In this document: in pieces, positions 53,538-64,000 of the stretch | How the letters are laid out: every line of letters begins with the position of its first letter | Numbering within the stretch: the stretch's first letter is position 1 | Origin: an uncultured Armatimonadia bacterium | Lineage (GTDB): Bacteria; Armatimonadota; Zipacnadia; CAVVLO01 | Direction: 5' to 3' | DNA length: 64,000 nt | Assembly (NCBI GenBank): GCA_963749155.1 | Contig: CAVVLO010000003.1 | Span: 512,001 to 576,000, forward strand | The notes under the pieces: model-generated | Seen by the model: only the letters and a program-made list of their open reading frames with translations | Database searches by the model: none | What the model was told of the DNA's origin: nothing | Made by a program: the position numbers and the translations under genes

Positions 53538-55192
53538 ATGGTTCAGCGTGTAGAGCCCGATCCGCGTGTCCGCGCTTATGTTATGCCTGCCCGCATCGTC
53601 TGGAAGAGCGGCGATGAGGAGAGCCTCCAGAACGCCGACCAGTTGCTCGTGCCTGGCAGCGGTCAGGTCACTATCTGGGGCGGCAATTATTGCATCCTCA
53701 AGCACACCGGTGAGGCGCCAGGCTTGCTTTTGGACTTCGGCAGAGAGCTGCACGGGGGCGTCCAGATCGCAGTACGTCACACCGGCGAAGGCAATAGGCC
53801 AGTCCGGGTACGTGTTCGCTTTGGCGAGTCGGTCTCCGAGGCGATGGATGAACCCAACCAGGATCACGCCGTCCACGACAATATCTGCCACTTGCCCTGG
53901 TGCGGCACCCACGAGGTCGGCAACACGGGTTTCCGCTTCGTGCGCATTGATTTGGTAGATCCTGGCACCCAGGTCGAACTACAACAGGTGCGGGCAGTCT
54001 TCCTCTACCGCGATCTCGACTATATCGGCACCTTCCGCTCGAATGACGAACGGCTCAATACCATCTTCGACACCGGCGCTTATGGCGTGCATCTCAATAT
54101 GCAGACTGGTGTCTGGGATGGCATCAAACGCGACCGGCTCGGTCTGGATAGGCGATATGCATCCCGAGACGACGGTCATCTCAAAAATTTTCGGCGACCA
54201 GGAAGTCGTGCGATGGAGCCTCGACCTCACGCGCGATGAGACGCCCTCTGCCGAACTGGATGAACGGCATCAGCAGTTATTCGCTCTGGTGGGTCATCAT
54301 CCACCGCGACTGGTACCTCCACCACGGCAATCTGCCCTATCTGATGCAACAGCGAGAATACCTGACCGCCCTGCTTGCGCGCCTCGCGGCCCTCGTGGAT
54401 GAGCAGGGCGTAGAACGGATGGACGGGATGCGCTTCCTCGACTGGCCGACCAGCGAGGACCCGAACGCCGTGCATTGTGGCCTGCAAGCGCTGCTCAAGT
54501 GGGGTCTCGAGGCCGGCGCAGAGCTGTGCGAGGTGCTGGGAGAGACTGCCACCGCCACACTTGCGAGCGCCTCCGCCAGGCGGCTGGAGCAGCATATACC
54601 CGACCCCGGCCAGGTGAAGAGCCCTGCCGCGCTGATGGCGCTCTCAGGCCTCGTAGAAGCCGCCGAGATCAACGCCAGGGTGCTCTCGCAGGACCAGTTC
54701 AGTGGCATCTCGACCTTCTACGGCTACTATGTACTGCAGGCGCGGGCCAAGGCCGGCGACTACCAGGGCGCGCTCGACGTCATCCGCAAGTTCTGGGGCG
54801 CGATGCTCGACCTCGGCGCGACGACCTTCTGGGAAGATTTCGACCTTTCCTGGGTCGAGAACAGTGCGGGGATAGACGAACTGGTGCCAGAGGGGATGCG
54901 CGACATCCACAAGGACTTCGGCAGCTATTGCTACAAGAGCCTGCGCCATTCGCTCTGCCATGGCTGGGCTTCAGGCCCGACCGCCTGGCTGTCCGAACAT
55001 GTCCTCGGCTTCAGGCCGCTCTCCCCCGGCTGCAAGCAGCTTGCCATCCAGCCGCACCTGGCCGACCTCGAATGGGCTGAGGGCAGCTTCCCCACCCCTT
55101 ACGGCACCGTCTGGGTGAAACACGTGAAGCAGGCCGACGGCTCCATCCTGACCGAAGTTGAAGCGCCAACGAGCGTGGAAATAGTCCAATAA
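53538..55192 (+). CDS. GH78 alpha-L-rhamnosidase-like (frameshifts near 54140 and 54245)
   Basis: LLDFGRELHGG, WDGIKRDRL/WIGDMHPE, FLDW, GATTFWE, SLCHGWASGP. Confidence 0.92.
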
Positions 55193-55211
55193 CGAAAAAA
55201 CTGCTACAGGA

Positions 55212-55242
55212 GAAACCGGAGCCCTCGTGGCTCCGGTTTTTT
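55212..55242. terminator. Hairpin terminator between convergent genes
   Basis: GAAACCGGAGCC-ctcgt-GGCTCCGGTTTTT. Confidence 0.7.
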
Positions 55243-55243
55243 G

Positions 55244-56881
55244 CTACTTGAGGGCCTCTTCTTCGGCGATGCGGGCGAAGGCTTCGAGGTCAGAGAAGTT
55301 GCCCTGCCAGGTCGTATACATAACTCCCTGCAGGTTGCCCGCCGCGCGCCCTGCGGACAGCCAATCACGCAGCTGTTCCACTGGCGCATCATAATAGCCG
55401 GCTACCAGCACCGGGTTGCCCCGCGCCGCGAAGAAAGGCAGGCTCTGGTCGCGAATCCCAAAGTGCCATGCGACGATGATCAGGTCCTTGTCCAGCCCCT
55501 CCCAGGAGCCCGCCAGGTCCCCGTTGACCAGATAGTAGTCAGCGCGCGCGTTGTGGAAGGGGTCGAACATATCGCTCCACACCGCGATGCGAGCGCCAGG
55601 GGCGATATTGCGGATCAGCCGCGCGCAGGTGGCCACGTTGTCGGCGAGGATCGCCCCCGGACTCAGATGACGCCGCTGGCACGACTCGTCCCAGTTCAGC
55701 ACCCGTAGCTCATCATGCATCATAAAGTACGTCTTCGCCTGCCACAGTGCGTGGACGCGCGCGAGCTGCCCGGCCAGCAGTTCGACCGTCTTCAATTCGG
55801 AGGGACAGATGGTCACCTGGGCATCATAGATAAGCACCGCGTGATAGCACGAAACCCGCAGCCGGGTGCCGTCGGGCAGGTCGGTCCTGATAGTCGGCGG
55901 CTCATGCCATACCTCGTAGCTGCCTGAATATGGCACTGTGCCCAGCCTTGGGTCCACGACAGGCTCGAAGTCCTTCCCCTCGACCAGCAGCTCGCCCGTG
56001 TCGTCGCGCTTTACCGTCAGCGGCGCGCCCTCGCGCCGCAGCAGGTTGAGCAGTGGCGTCTCCTCGATTGTGGCATCATCCCACCACAGCGACCCTGTCT
56101 GACCGTCCCAGCAACCGAAGTAGAGGCCGACCTCGGTGTTGTCCAGCGAGTTGAAGCTGAGGTGATGGACAGTCCAGTCCTGCGTTGGCTTAACGCCGAG
56201 GTTCTGGTAGCACAGCGACTGGTTACCGAGGACCGTGACGCGCGGCTCGCCGACAAAGTCCTGCGTCTTCACGCGCGCGCTGACGTGGTATTGACGGAAG
56301 GGAGCCACTTTCACCCGCTGGACAATGCGGGCGTTCTGCCCGTGGGGATCTCTCATCAGTGCCGCGCCGGCATCCGCGGTGACCGTATCGTCTTTCCAGT
56401 CCCACTGCGCCAGGTCGGCGAAATCCGCTCCGTTCAACGCCACCGGCGGGTCGGCCACCGGCCGCGCCTCGCCCCCCTCGACGACGAAAAGGGCCTCCTT
56501 CACCGGCATCCCCTCGGCCAGATTGGGATCCTGACAGAGCAGCTCCTCCGAGTAGCCGATGGGGCACACGCCGGGGATTATCTCCAGGTGCAGTTCTGCC
56601 GCGAGCGCTTTCACCCGCATGCAATTCGTGAAGTACCGCTCGGGCATCTCGTTCAGACGCCCGAACTTGCTGTCGGTAATGACCACTCCCGTATAACCGG
56701 CCGCCGCGGCGCGACGCCAGATACCCTCCAGCCGGTTGACGTTCTCATCCACCAGCAGGTTGGTCTGGTAGTAGAGCCACCTGTCCGGCAGTGGCTGACT
56801 TTGCTGGGCCAACCCCCCCTGCGCAAGTATCAGGAGCAACAGTACCAGCAGCGCGCCCACTTTCATCTGGCTCTTCCTCAC
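55244..56881 (-). CDS. Secreted GH20-like TIM barrel with inserted CBM-like domain
   Basis: Signal peptide; MMHDELR, VWSDMFDPFHN, GVMYTTW; insert QYHVSARVKT...LWWDD. Confidence 0.65.
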   Translation of the reverse strand: MRKSQMKVGALLVLLLLILAQGGLAQQSQPLPDRWLYYQTNLLVDENVNRLEGIWRRAAAAGYTGVVITDSKFGRLNEMPERYFTNCMRVKALAAELHLEIIPGVCPIGYSEELLCQDPNLAEGMPVKEALFVVEGGEARPVADPPVALNGADFADLAQWDWKDDTVTADAGAALMRDPHGQNARIVQRVKVAPFRQYHVSARVKTQDFVGEPRVTVLGNQSLCYQNLGVKPTQDWTVHHLSFNSLDNTEVGLYFGCWDGQTGSLWWDDATIEETPLLNLLRREGAPLTVKRDDTGELLVEGKDFEPVVDPRLGTVPYSGSYEVWHEPPTIRTDLPDGTRLRVSCYHAVLIYDAQVTICPSELKTVELLAGQLARVHALWQAKTYFMMHDELRVLNWDESCQRRHLSPGAILADNVATCARLIRNIAPGARIAVWSDMFDPFHNARADYYLVNGDLAGSWEGLDKDLIIVAWHFGIRDQSLPFFAARGNPVLVAGYYDAPVEQLRDWLSAGRAAGNLQGVMYTTWQGNFSDLEAFARIAEEEALK

Positions 56882-58725
56882 TTCTCCAGCAGGGCCGGAA
56901 TCCCCTCAGACAGTTGCACCTCAAGGCCAGTGATGGTTGGAGACTGCCCCGAGGAGGCCGGACGCCATTCCAGCCCCGAGGTGATGCCTGGCCGGGGGTC
57001 ATCAAGCTCCAGTCCCTCGATAGTTACCTGCTCGGAGTTCTCGAACAGCAGCAGCGGGCAGGCGCGCGCCAGCCAGGCGTCCGCTTTGCTCTTGATGACG
57101 TTGTTCCTCAGCCTCACCCCGATGCACGATGCGACGTGGATGGCCGTCGCGGGCATGTCGATGAAGGTGTTATCCTCAATCAGCACATCCCGCTCGAAGG
57201 GCACATCGGCTGCGCTGAAGCCGTATTTGGGAGTGCGCACGTTGACCACGCCAACGCTCGGATTGTCGGCGTACCCCTGGCAGTAGCCGCCTCCGATGAA
57301 GGTGTTACCGCGCACGATGTAATGCTGGCCCACCGGTCCCTCCGGCCAGTCGGGCGAGTTGGCTATCTCGATGGCATTGCCCGAAGTGTTGTCTATCAGG
57401 TTGCCTTCGATAATCCCGTCTCCTGCCGAAAGCAGCACGGCATAGCGCCTGTGTTCGCGCATTATGTTGTTCCGGATTATGAACCCGCTGCCGCTTCGGT
57501 CGAGGGTGAACAGTGTATCGGCATCTGTGTGGTCCTTGCCGGCCTTCAGGCCTTCTACAGGATGCTCCAGCGTCACGCGAAGCAACCGTTGGCCCTCCAG
57601 GTCGGCGAGAGCCACGTCCACGGCTTTCACGTTGCCGCGCACGAGGCCTGTCACGGGATCGTAGACCTGCAAGGTCTCGCCCGGCAGCACCAGCGCGCCC
57701 GGTGTTACCAGCACCTCGGTTGGAGAGACAATCTGACGCACGATATTTGGCGGCACGTAGATGTTGATGGTGTCGTCGGCCATCCCCTCGAACAGACACT
57801 CTTCCACCAGCGGCCCCTTGATATTGGCCTGGCAGTGGACCCCATCAGCGCAGGTGGTGAGCAGGCGGTCGGTATCAGGCTTGAACATAACACGGAAACG
57901 CCGGAGCGTCGTGTCCCGGCTGCCGATGACCGCGCTAGCCAGCCCTCCACCCGTGTAGACGGTAAAATCCTCCACCCCACAGCCCCGGCTGATTTGAAAG
58001 TTGACCGGCGGGTTGCCCGACCGCGCAAGCTGGACATACCGGTCACCGACGGCGAAATGCTTGAGCTTCCACTCCTGCCCTGCGGCCACGTGCATCCGGA
58101 AAGTGCGGCCCGCAAGCGTCTCGAACTCGTCTATAAAGCAAAAGTCCGGCGCGCCCTTCTTCAGCCTGCGCTGGTCCCTCTCGTAGAGCATCCCCCACTT
58201 GCCAAAAGGCTTGGGCAGGTCGTTGAAATACCAGTCGGTAAGCAGTGGATAGCCTTCCTGCACCTCGAAGTCGAAGCTCTTGCCGGCTTCGTCCACCGCC
58301 GTGACAAGGCCCTGAGTAAAGGGCAGCGGGTCATAATCGATGGTCACATCGCGCACCCAGGTGTCGTCCGAGTTCTGTATCAGGAAACCGCCCGAGCGCG
58401 GGTTGAAGATGACGAGGTGAGTGGCGCCCGGGATGCCCCGGACGGTCAGCCCCTTCGCATCAATAAGCGGAAAGCAGAAGCCTCCATTGGGCTCCGGCAT
58501 CACACGATACTCGCCCGGGCCAATTACTACCTCAGCGCCTGGGCCGGCGGCCTTGGCGGCCTCGATAGCGGCGCGGATGAAGGGCGCGCTGTTGTCTTGA
58601 CCAGGTTGAGCGCCATAGTCGGCGACGTTGAAAGTCTTCACAGGGGCCTCCTCGGCAAGGACAGGGGAAAGAAGCAATACAAGCACCGCGAGCGCGGCGC
58701 AGAACAGACCACGGAAAAGCGTCAT
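56878..58725 (-). CDS. Secreted right-handed beta-helix protein, GH110 alpha-galactosidase-like
   Basis: NVADYGA, IDYDPLPFTQG, ADGVHC, EGMADDTINI. Confidence 0.8.
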   Translation of the reverse strand: MTLFRGLFCAALAVLVLLLSPVLAEEAPVKTFNVADYGAQPGQDNSAPFIRAAIEAAKAAGPGAEVVIGPGEYRVMPEPNGGFCFPLIDAKGLTVRGIPGATHLVIFNPRSGGFLIQNSDDTWVRDVTIDYDPLPFTQGLVTAVDEAGKSFDFEVQEGYPLLTDWYFNDLPKPFGKWGMLYERDQRRLKKGAPDFCFIDEFETLAGRTFRMHVAAGQEWKLKHFAVGDRYVQLARSGNPPVNFQISRGCGVEDFTVYTGGGLASAVIGSRDTTLRRFRVMFKPDTDRLLTTCADGVHCQANIKGPLVEECLFEGMADDTINIYVPPNIVRQIVSPTEVLVTPGALVLPGETLQVYDPVTGLVRGNVKAVDVALADLEGQRLLRVTLEHPVEGLKAGKDHTDADTLFTLDRSGSGFIIRNNIMREHRRYAVLLSAGDGIIEGNLIDNTSGNAIEIANSPDWPEGPVGQHYIVRGNTFIGGGYCQGYADNPSVGVVNVRTPKYGFSAADVPFERDVLIEDNTFIDMPATAIHVASCIGVRLRNNVIKSKADAWLARACPLLLFENSEQVTIEGLELDDPRPGITSGLEWRPASSGQSPTITGLEVQLSEGIPALLEK

Positions 58726-58745
58726 CCAGAACCTCCTGGGCACTG

Positions 58746-59313
58746 CTAAGGTACTGGTAGATTCGCCTGAGGGGCTTCTTCCCCTGCCTCGGAGGCCTTG
58801 GGGACCTCGGCAAGGGACGCAAGCAGGGCGGCAAGCCCCCAGAGGACGAATACGGAGGCTGCGGTAACGACTGGCAGGAAGAGCAAGACCACGAGTAGGA
58901 CAGACTCAGTTGGCGACCACCAGGCTGTAGTAGCAGCACACCAAGCGCCCAGACCAGGACGCACAGCGCAACTAGCGCGATAGATACTTCGCTCAGCTAG
59001 TCCGACGCAGTACCTGCCTGGAGGGGCGTCGCTCGAACAGAGCCAGCAACGCAGGGGCGCCGAGGTAGGCAAGCGGCAGCACGGGGCTCATCCAAGCTGC
59101 CATGAGCAGCAAGGCGGCCCCGCCTGTGGCAGAGCTGAAGGCTGGACTGATCCGAGACACCGCTACCCCCGCCAACACTGCCAGCAGTAAAGCGGCTACG
59201 AATACTGCCAGCGTGACCACCACCGTCTGCCGCCACGCAGGCAGCAACTCCAGGTCAACAGGCGACCCAGTGCGTCGCCGTACTTCGGCTCTTAACAGCG
59301 ACAGGAAACGCAA
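58746..59313 (-). CDS. Hypothetical multi-pass membrane protein (frameshifted)
   Basis: Hydrophobic helices in ORFs 58993..59313 and 58746..59072. Confidence 0.5.
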
Positions 59314-59331
59314 GGAAGAAGCCCACGATAC

Positions 59332-60923
59332 CTAGCGCGCCCCAGGTGGAGTGGATCTCAAGCCCGTAGTTTTCCAGAAAGATCGGTACCATCGGTAGCA
59401 CAAAATAGGTGCGGTAAAACGATCACCCAGGCAAGCAGAGAGGGACCATGCAGATAGTCTTTCCTCGATGGAGCGGGCGCAGCAGTGGCAGTTTCGGCCA
59501 TCTCGATCACCCTGAGGAGGATTCGCTACAAGCCCTTGATATCCTGCCGGAGGGCATACTAAAGCGCCGGTGGCATGTTCTGGAACCTCGAGGCCCTCGA
59601 CCACCAGTTCAATCCGGCTGCCAGCGGGCAGCTCTGGCTCTCCCGGCTGGCTGAACCGGGCCAGCACGAGATCGTCGGCCACTTCCACCTCGCCCGGACC
59701 CGACACCAAACGGGCGTCCAGCAACCGCACGGGCAGCCGCCAGATGACCGGCTTGCCAAGGTGCGCGGCGCGGTTCAGCGTCATCGTCAGTTTCAACCGC
59801 ACCTGGCCTGGCTTCTCGATGGGAAGCCGCTCAAGGGACTGCTCATAGAGAGGTTCAGTCACGCGCGGCAGCCGGGCTTCATAGGCCGGGTCACCATAGA
59901 GCGCCCACACATCGCGGTCGTACGCCAGGCCTTCCTGATTGGAGTCAGTCAGGGGATGGCGCTCCTCGAACAGCAGCGCCTGGTTGATGAGGAACGAGGC
60001 CTCGGCGAAGGTGTACTCGTCCTGCAAGATCGAGGAAATAACTCGCTACACCCCAGCCCATATAGCCGAACCAGGTCTCGACGGTGTCAGCCGGCGAACT
60101 GGACAGCTCCCCCGCTGCCAAGCCAACCGGCGGCCAGACAGTTGGGCTGAGTGAGGCGGCCAGCCAGGCAGTTGCCCACTGCATAGATGATTTTCGGATT
60201 CGTCGAGTGGATGTCCAGCCTTCTTTTCGCGTTGTCGCGCCCGTAGAGAGTGCCGTTATCCGCAAGGAAATAGCCCTCTGGATCGGCTGTCGGATAGTGA
60301 AGCTGCCAGCCATCGGGCCAGGCGTGGCCACTGGTGACCACGAAATCAGCGCGGCCCTGGTTGAGGGCGTCGACTAGCGCGGGGGTGTCGTCCTCGGGGC
60401 CGTCGTTCGGCTGCTGGAGGGCGCCTCCGGCCTGCTTCACCCAGTGTTCGGTCAGGTTGGCTTCGGAATGATACTCGCCCTCGGTGAGCTGGTTCAGCCA
60501 GCCGCCGCAGGTCTTCAGCAGGCCGTTCTCGACCCTCAGCGGTGGCGCTTCCAGTTGGCGCAGGGCGTCCTCGGGGCGCGCTCCAGTGAGGATTGCCCAT
60601 ACGGCATCGCCCCACGGGTCGGCATCGAGGGCGCGCGTAAGCTGATGCGCCCGGCGGACATACTCTTCTCCAAGCTCGCCCAGTTGCCCCACGAAGCAGC
60701 AATACTCCGGGTGGAGCCTCGAAAGCTCCCTCTTGACCGACCTTGGAAAAGCCTCGCCCTCGTAAACGACCAGCGTCCCCGAGTGCTTGTCCAGCGCCGT
60801 CTGAACGACCTCTGCCCACCCGGGCGCAGCCAGTGTCGTCTCGCTGACGACAACGGCGTAGGGCCGCGCGCAAGCGACGGGGGCAAGGAGCAAGACTGCG
60901 ACAACCAGGAGGAAGGAACGCAT
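59332..60923 (-). CDS. Secreted protein with gingipain/C25-like fold (frameshifts near 60087 and 60030; 3' end uncertain)
   Basis: Signal peptide; VTSGHA and AVGNCLAG (candidate His/Cys dyad); ALYGDP. Confidence 0.6.
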
Positions 60924-60931
60924 CAGACCAG

Positions 60932-61902
60932 CTACTCCTTCAACGCGTCGATATGCGGCTGCAGCGCCTTGATGAAAGCCTGCATCGCCTCAATGAGCTT
61001 GTCTTGAAGCTCTGGCCAGCGGGATTCGTAGCTGACACCGAAATCCGCCACGGGCAGCAGATAGCGCAGGTTGCCTGTCCCTCGGGCGCCTGTCCATTCA
61101 AGTGCTTCGGCCTCGAGGGCAGCCTCGATCTCTCGCTGGTCTTGACTCGCAGTTGCGTATAAAGACGGCGGTTCGCGCTCTGGATCGCTTGGCGTCGAGG
61201 GAGAGCTCGACTCTGGACGCATTCTTGTTGACACGTAGTCGACAGTACCAGAAGAATAACCGTCGCCTATGGCAGCCGGTCAGTCCTTGGAAGGGGAAGG
61301 TTGCTCCTGTAAGGCTTGATGCCGCCGCTGCTGCAGCTTCGCGAATAAGCTGGCTCCAGAACTCCTGCATCGCTTGCTGGCTCTCAGTAAGCTCGTTCTT
61401 TGCTGACCAGCGACTGCCTCGCGTTGCCTCGCTTGGGCCCGCGATCAGCGTTATCAGCGGAGCGGGAGCAGATTCACCTATCTTGACGGCCTCGAACTGC
61501 AGCAGGTAGAAGTTATTTGGGCTGTTGTCGTTGAGCCAGGAGATGGCCTTCACATGTTCCTGACGCGGCTCTTCGACGAGCCAGATGGCGACCTTGGCTT
61601 CCATCGCAGCCATATAGGTCAGCAGCTTGCCCAAGTGGTCGTGGTCGCTCTTGCCCGAACTGGTTCTCAATGACGATCGTGTTCCCGTATCGGCTAGACG
61701 TGCCAACAGAGATCGACCCGGAAAGTTGCCGAGCGTAGCATCTCGTTCGTTCAAGCTCGGCTAAGCGCAATCCCAGCGTGTCCGGCCAGCAGGTCGCAGA
61801 TGTTGCTCCCTAAGCCATGGTGTGAAGTCGCTTGTCTCGTTTGGCCAGATGTCTCGTTACCGGTACGCGTTCCAACTTCCCAAGTTGCTGCTTCAGCGCC
61901 AT
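60932..61902 (-). CDS. DUF4268 domain protein with NucS-like nuclease-fold N-terminus (several frameshifts)
   Basis: LGKLERVP, DFTPWL, IVIENQ, SDHDHLGKLLTY, HVKAISWLN, QEFWSQL. Confidence 0.8.
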
Positions 61903-61905
61903 CGG

Positions 61906-62977
61906 TTACACCTTCTCCACGAGCTGACGCAGCAGGGTGAGGTAGTCTCGGTAGACTCCCAGCGAGGTGCTCGGGTGGACCGAGTGGTCGAAACTCGGCA
62001 GGTAGCCGAGATGCGGCGACCATATACTCGAGCGTCTCGGTCACATAGCGCTCCATCACCTCACCGCCCTGCGCGACGATCAGCTTGTCCAGACCGCCAA
62101 TCAGCTGCAGCTTCGGATACTGCCTGCGCAGCTCCACAGGGCTGACGCCTGAGGCGCCTTCCATCGGCAGCACGCCTGTGATGCCCCCTTCGAGGAAGGC
62201 CGTCACCAGCGAGCGCATATCGCCGTCCGAGTCCACGATGATGACCTCCACCCCGTGCGCCTTCAGGAAGTCCGTGAGTCGCTTATACCTCGGCGTCATC
62301 AGCTCGCGCGCGAGGGCCGGCGAGATCATCGGGCCGTTCTTGAAGGCCATATCCTCGCCCAGGACGACCAAATCCACCTCGACCTCACTGACGGCCTTCT
62401 CCCAAAGCGTAATCATAAACTCGGTGTGGAAGTCCATCATCTCGACGACCCAGGCCTTCTCGTCCATAAAGGCCACCATCAGGTCCGTGAACTCCATAAA
62501 GTCGCGCCCGAAGGCCAGAAGGCCGCGACAGACAAGTCCAACGGGATAGTCGCGCGTCTTGAGCTGGGCCACGTAGTCGTCCCAGCCGGGGATGTACCGC
62601 GTCGGGTCGCTCGCATCGAGCCGGTCTTTTAGCGCGAGGAAGTCCTTGCGCGTCTTGATGGGGAACTCCACATAATGCGGCATCGCGCTGCCATGCTTGA
62701 ACTCGCGCTTGAGGACGCCTGTCTCATCGCGCACCAGGCGCGTCAACTCGTCCTCCTCCAGTACCTGGCGCTCGAAGGCGGGCACAAAGTTGAAGTTTAC
62801 CGGTAGCCAGGCGAAGGGGTCGTAGCCGAAGTACTGGTTGAAGTCCACGCCCGCCGGCAGTCCCTCCTCCTGCCAGCGTTCGACGGTCTCGGGCCAGTAG
62901 AACATCCATTCCATAAAAGGCAGTCGGTCGGGCTTGCCGAAGAGCATCGTCTCGCGGAACCGCTCGCGCGCGTTCAT
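61906..62977 (-). CDS. Uroporphyrinogen decarboxylase/methyltransferase-fold family protein (frameshift near 62015)
   Basis: MNARERF, EDMAFKNGPMISP, VDSDG, IGGLDK, DHSVHP in the shifted frame. Confidence 0.88.
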
Positions 62978-63017
62978 ACGCAATTCTCCCTGGGCAAAAT
63001 ATTGCTCTGGAGGGGCA

Positions 63018-64000
63018 CTACAGCCCCGCGTTGCCGACCATTACGCCTTCGGAGAGGACCTCCGGGGGTGCTCCGTTGCGGGCGAGCACGTTGCCGGTGA
63101 AGGCCCAGTTGGTGCCAGCGAGGCTTCCCACCCGGCCGTTGTCGGCGATACGGCAGCCTGAGATGACCCAGTCTCGCGCGCGCTCTCCGATAACCAGCCC
63201 AGAGCCCTGGTTGTGGCGGACGGTCACCCCACTGAGGCTGAAGCTGCCGGACTTCGCCACGAAGCCGTTATGAGCGCCAGGCCGGCCATAGGCTCCGCCA
63301 TTGAAGATGGTACCGCCGGCAATCACCATAATTGCACCGGGGCTGTTCTCTTCGATCTGGATTTGCGCCTCGTCGCTGCTGGCCGCCCACAGACCCGCGA
63401 TGCTGGTGTAGGCGTTGTCCACCTGGCGGATGCCAAAGATCGAGCTGTCGAAGGTCGCGTGGGTAATGAAGATCTCGCGGTTGGAGGGGTTGCCCTCCTC
63501 GCCGATTTTCAAGCCTGTGTGCAGGCCGATTATGTCGGTGGTCACGATATGCACCCCACCGTTGTTGTTGGTGAGATGCACACCGATGCAGGGGAAGTTC
63601 TCCCGGTCATGCCCGAGGATGCGCCCGCCGAAGATGCGCACCTCCGAGCCGCGCGCGACCTTGATGCCGGTGCCGCTGACCCCGCCCCAGAAGAGACAAT
63701 GATCGAAGGTGGTCGTATCCGTAACCTGCTCTGTGACGATCCCGCTGCCCATCCGGACACCCGCGCGGTCGAAAAGCAGATGGTGGAAGAAACTGCGCTC
63801 CGCCCCGCCCAGGCAAGCGATGGCAGGTGTGGTGGGCGACTTGTCGGTAGTCGTGGCAGTGATGGCCAGGTTGCGGACAGAAGACTCCCGGCACGACTTG
63901 CCCTCGGGCCACAGCAGCGCCGGGGCATCGTTCTCCTGCAGCAGCCGGGTGCTCCACCCATCGCCCGTGAGGTCTATCCGGTCGGCACTGTTTATCACCA
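63018..64000 (-). CDS. Right-handed beta-helix (pectate lyase-like) protein, 5' end outside window
   Basis: LTGDGWSTRL and regular beta-helix repeats; open to the window edge. Confidence 0.75.
   Translation of the reverse strand, partial: VINSADRIDLTGDGWSTRLLQENDAPALLWPEGKSCRESSVRNLAITATTTDKSPTTPAIACLGGAERSFFHHLLFDRAGVRMGSGIVTEQVTDTTTFDHCLFWGGVSGTGIKVARGSEVRIFGGRILGHDRENFPCIGVHLTNNNGGVHIVTTDIIGLHTGLKIGEEGNPSNREIFITHATFDSSIFGIRQVDNAYTSIAGLWAASSDEAQIQIEENSPGAIMVIAGGTIFNGGAYGRPGAHNGFVAKSGSFSLSGVTVRHNQGSGLVIGERARDWVISGCRIADNGRVGSLAGTNWAFTGNVLARNGAPPEVLSEGVMVGNAGL

Overview
GC-rich bacterial chromosomal segment dominated by carbohydrate-utilisation genes: GH140/DUF4038, GH4, GH5-like, GH3, GH38, two GH172/DUF2961, GH65-like, GH78, GH110-like, two sulfatases, FucU, a Hyi-like isomerase, two tandem amidohydrolases and several unclassified modular secreted proteins. 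It also carries iorAB, a P-type ATPase, GCGGG-type lipoproteins, a TIR protein and a DUF4268 protein. The gene content suggests an Armatimonadota-like sugar degrader (inference only). About 15 otherwise intact genes carry single-base frameshifts, most likely long-read indel errors, so many coordinates span joined frames and are approximate. No rRNA, tRNA, transposase or cas gene was seen. Four non-routine signals stand out. (1) Two AT-richer, divergent surface-protein genes (1335-2312 and 4856-5787) share a conserved C-terminal TM+KLRKR tail and terminator; the first sits behind a sigma70 promoter whose -35/-10 spacer contains a G15 tract (candidate phase-variable contingency locus). (2) Intergenic mosaics of three REP-like hairpin families cluster at 23-37 kb, two of them lacking the canonical GTAG foot. 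(3) A tandem amidohydrolase pair has a homogenised 3' end whose identity breakpoint falls exactly at a REP. (4) A two-repeat CRISPR-like remnant lies at 29242-29349.
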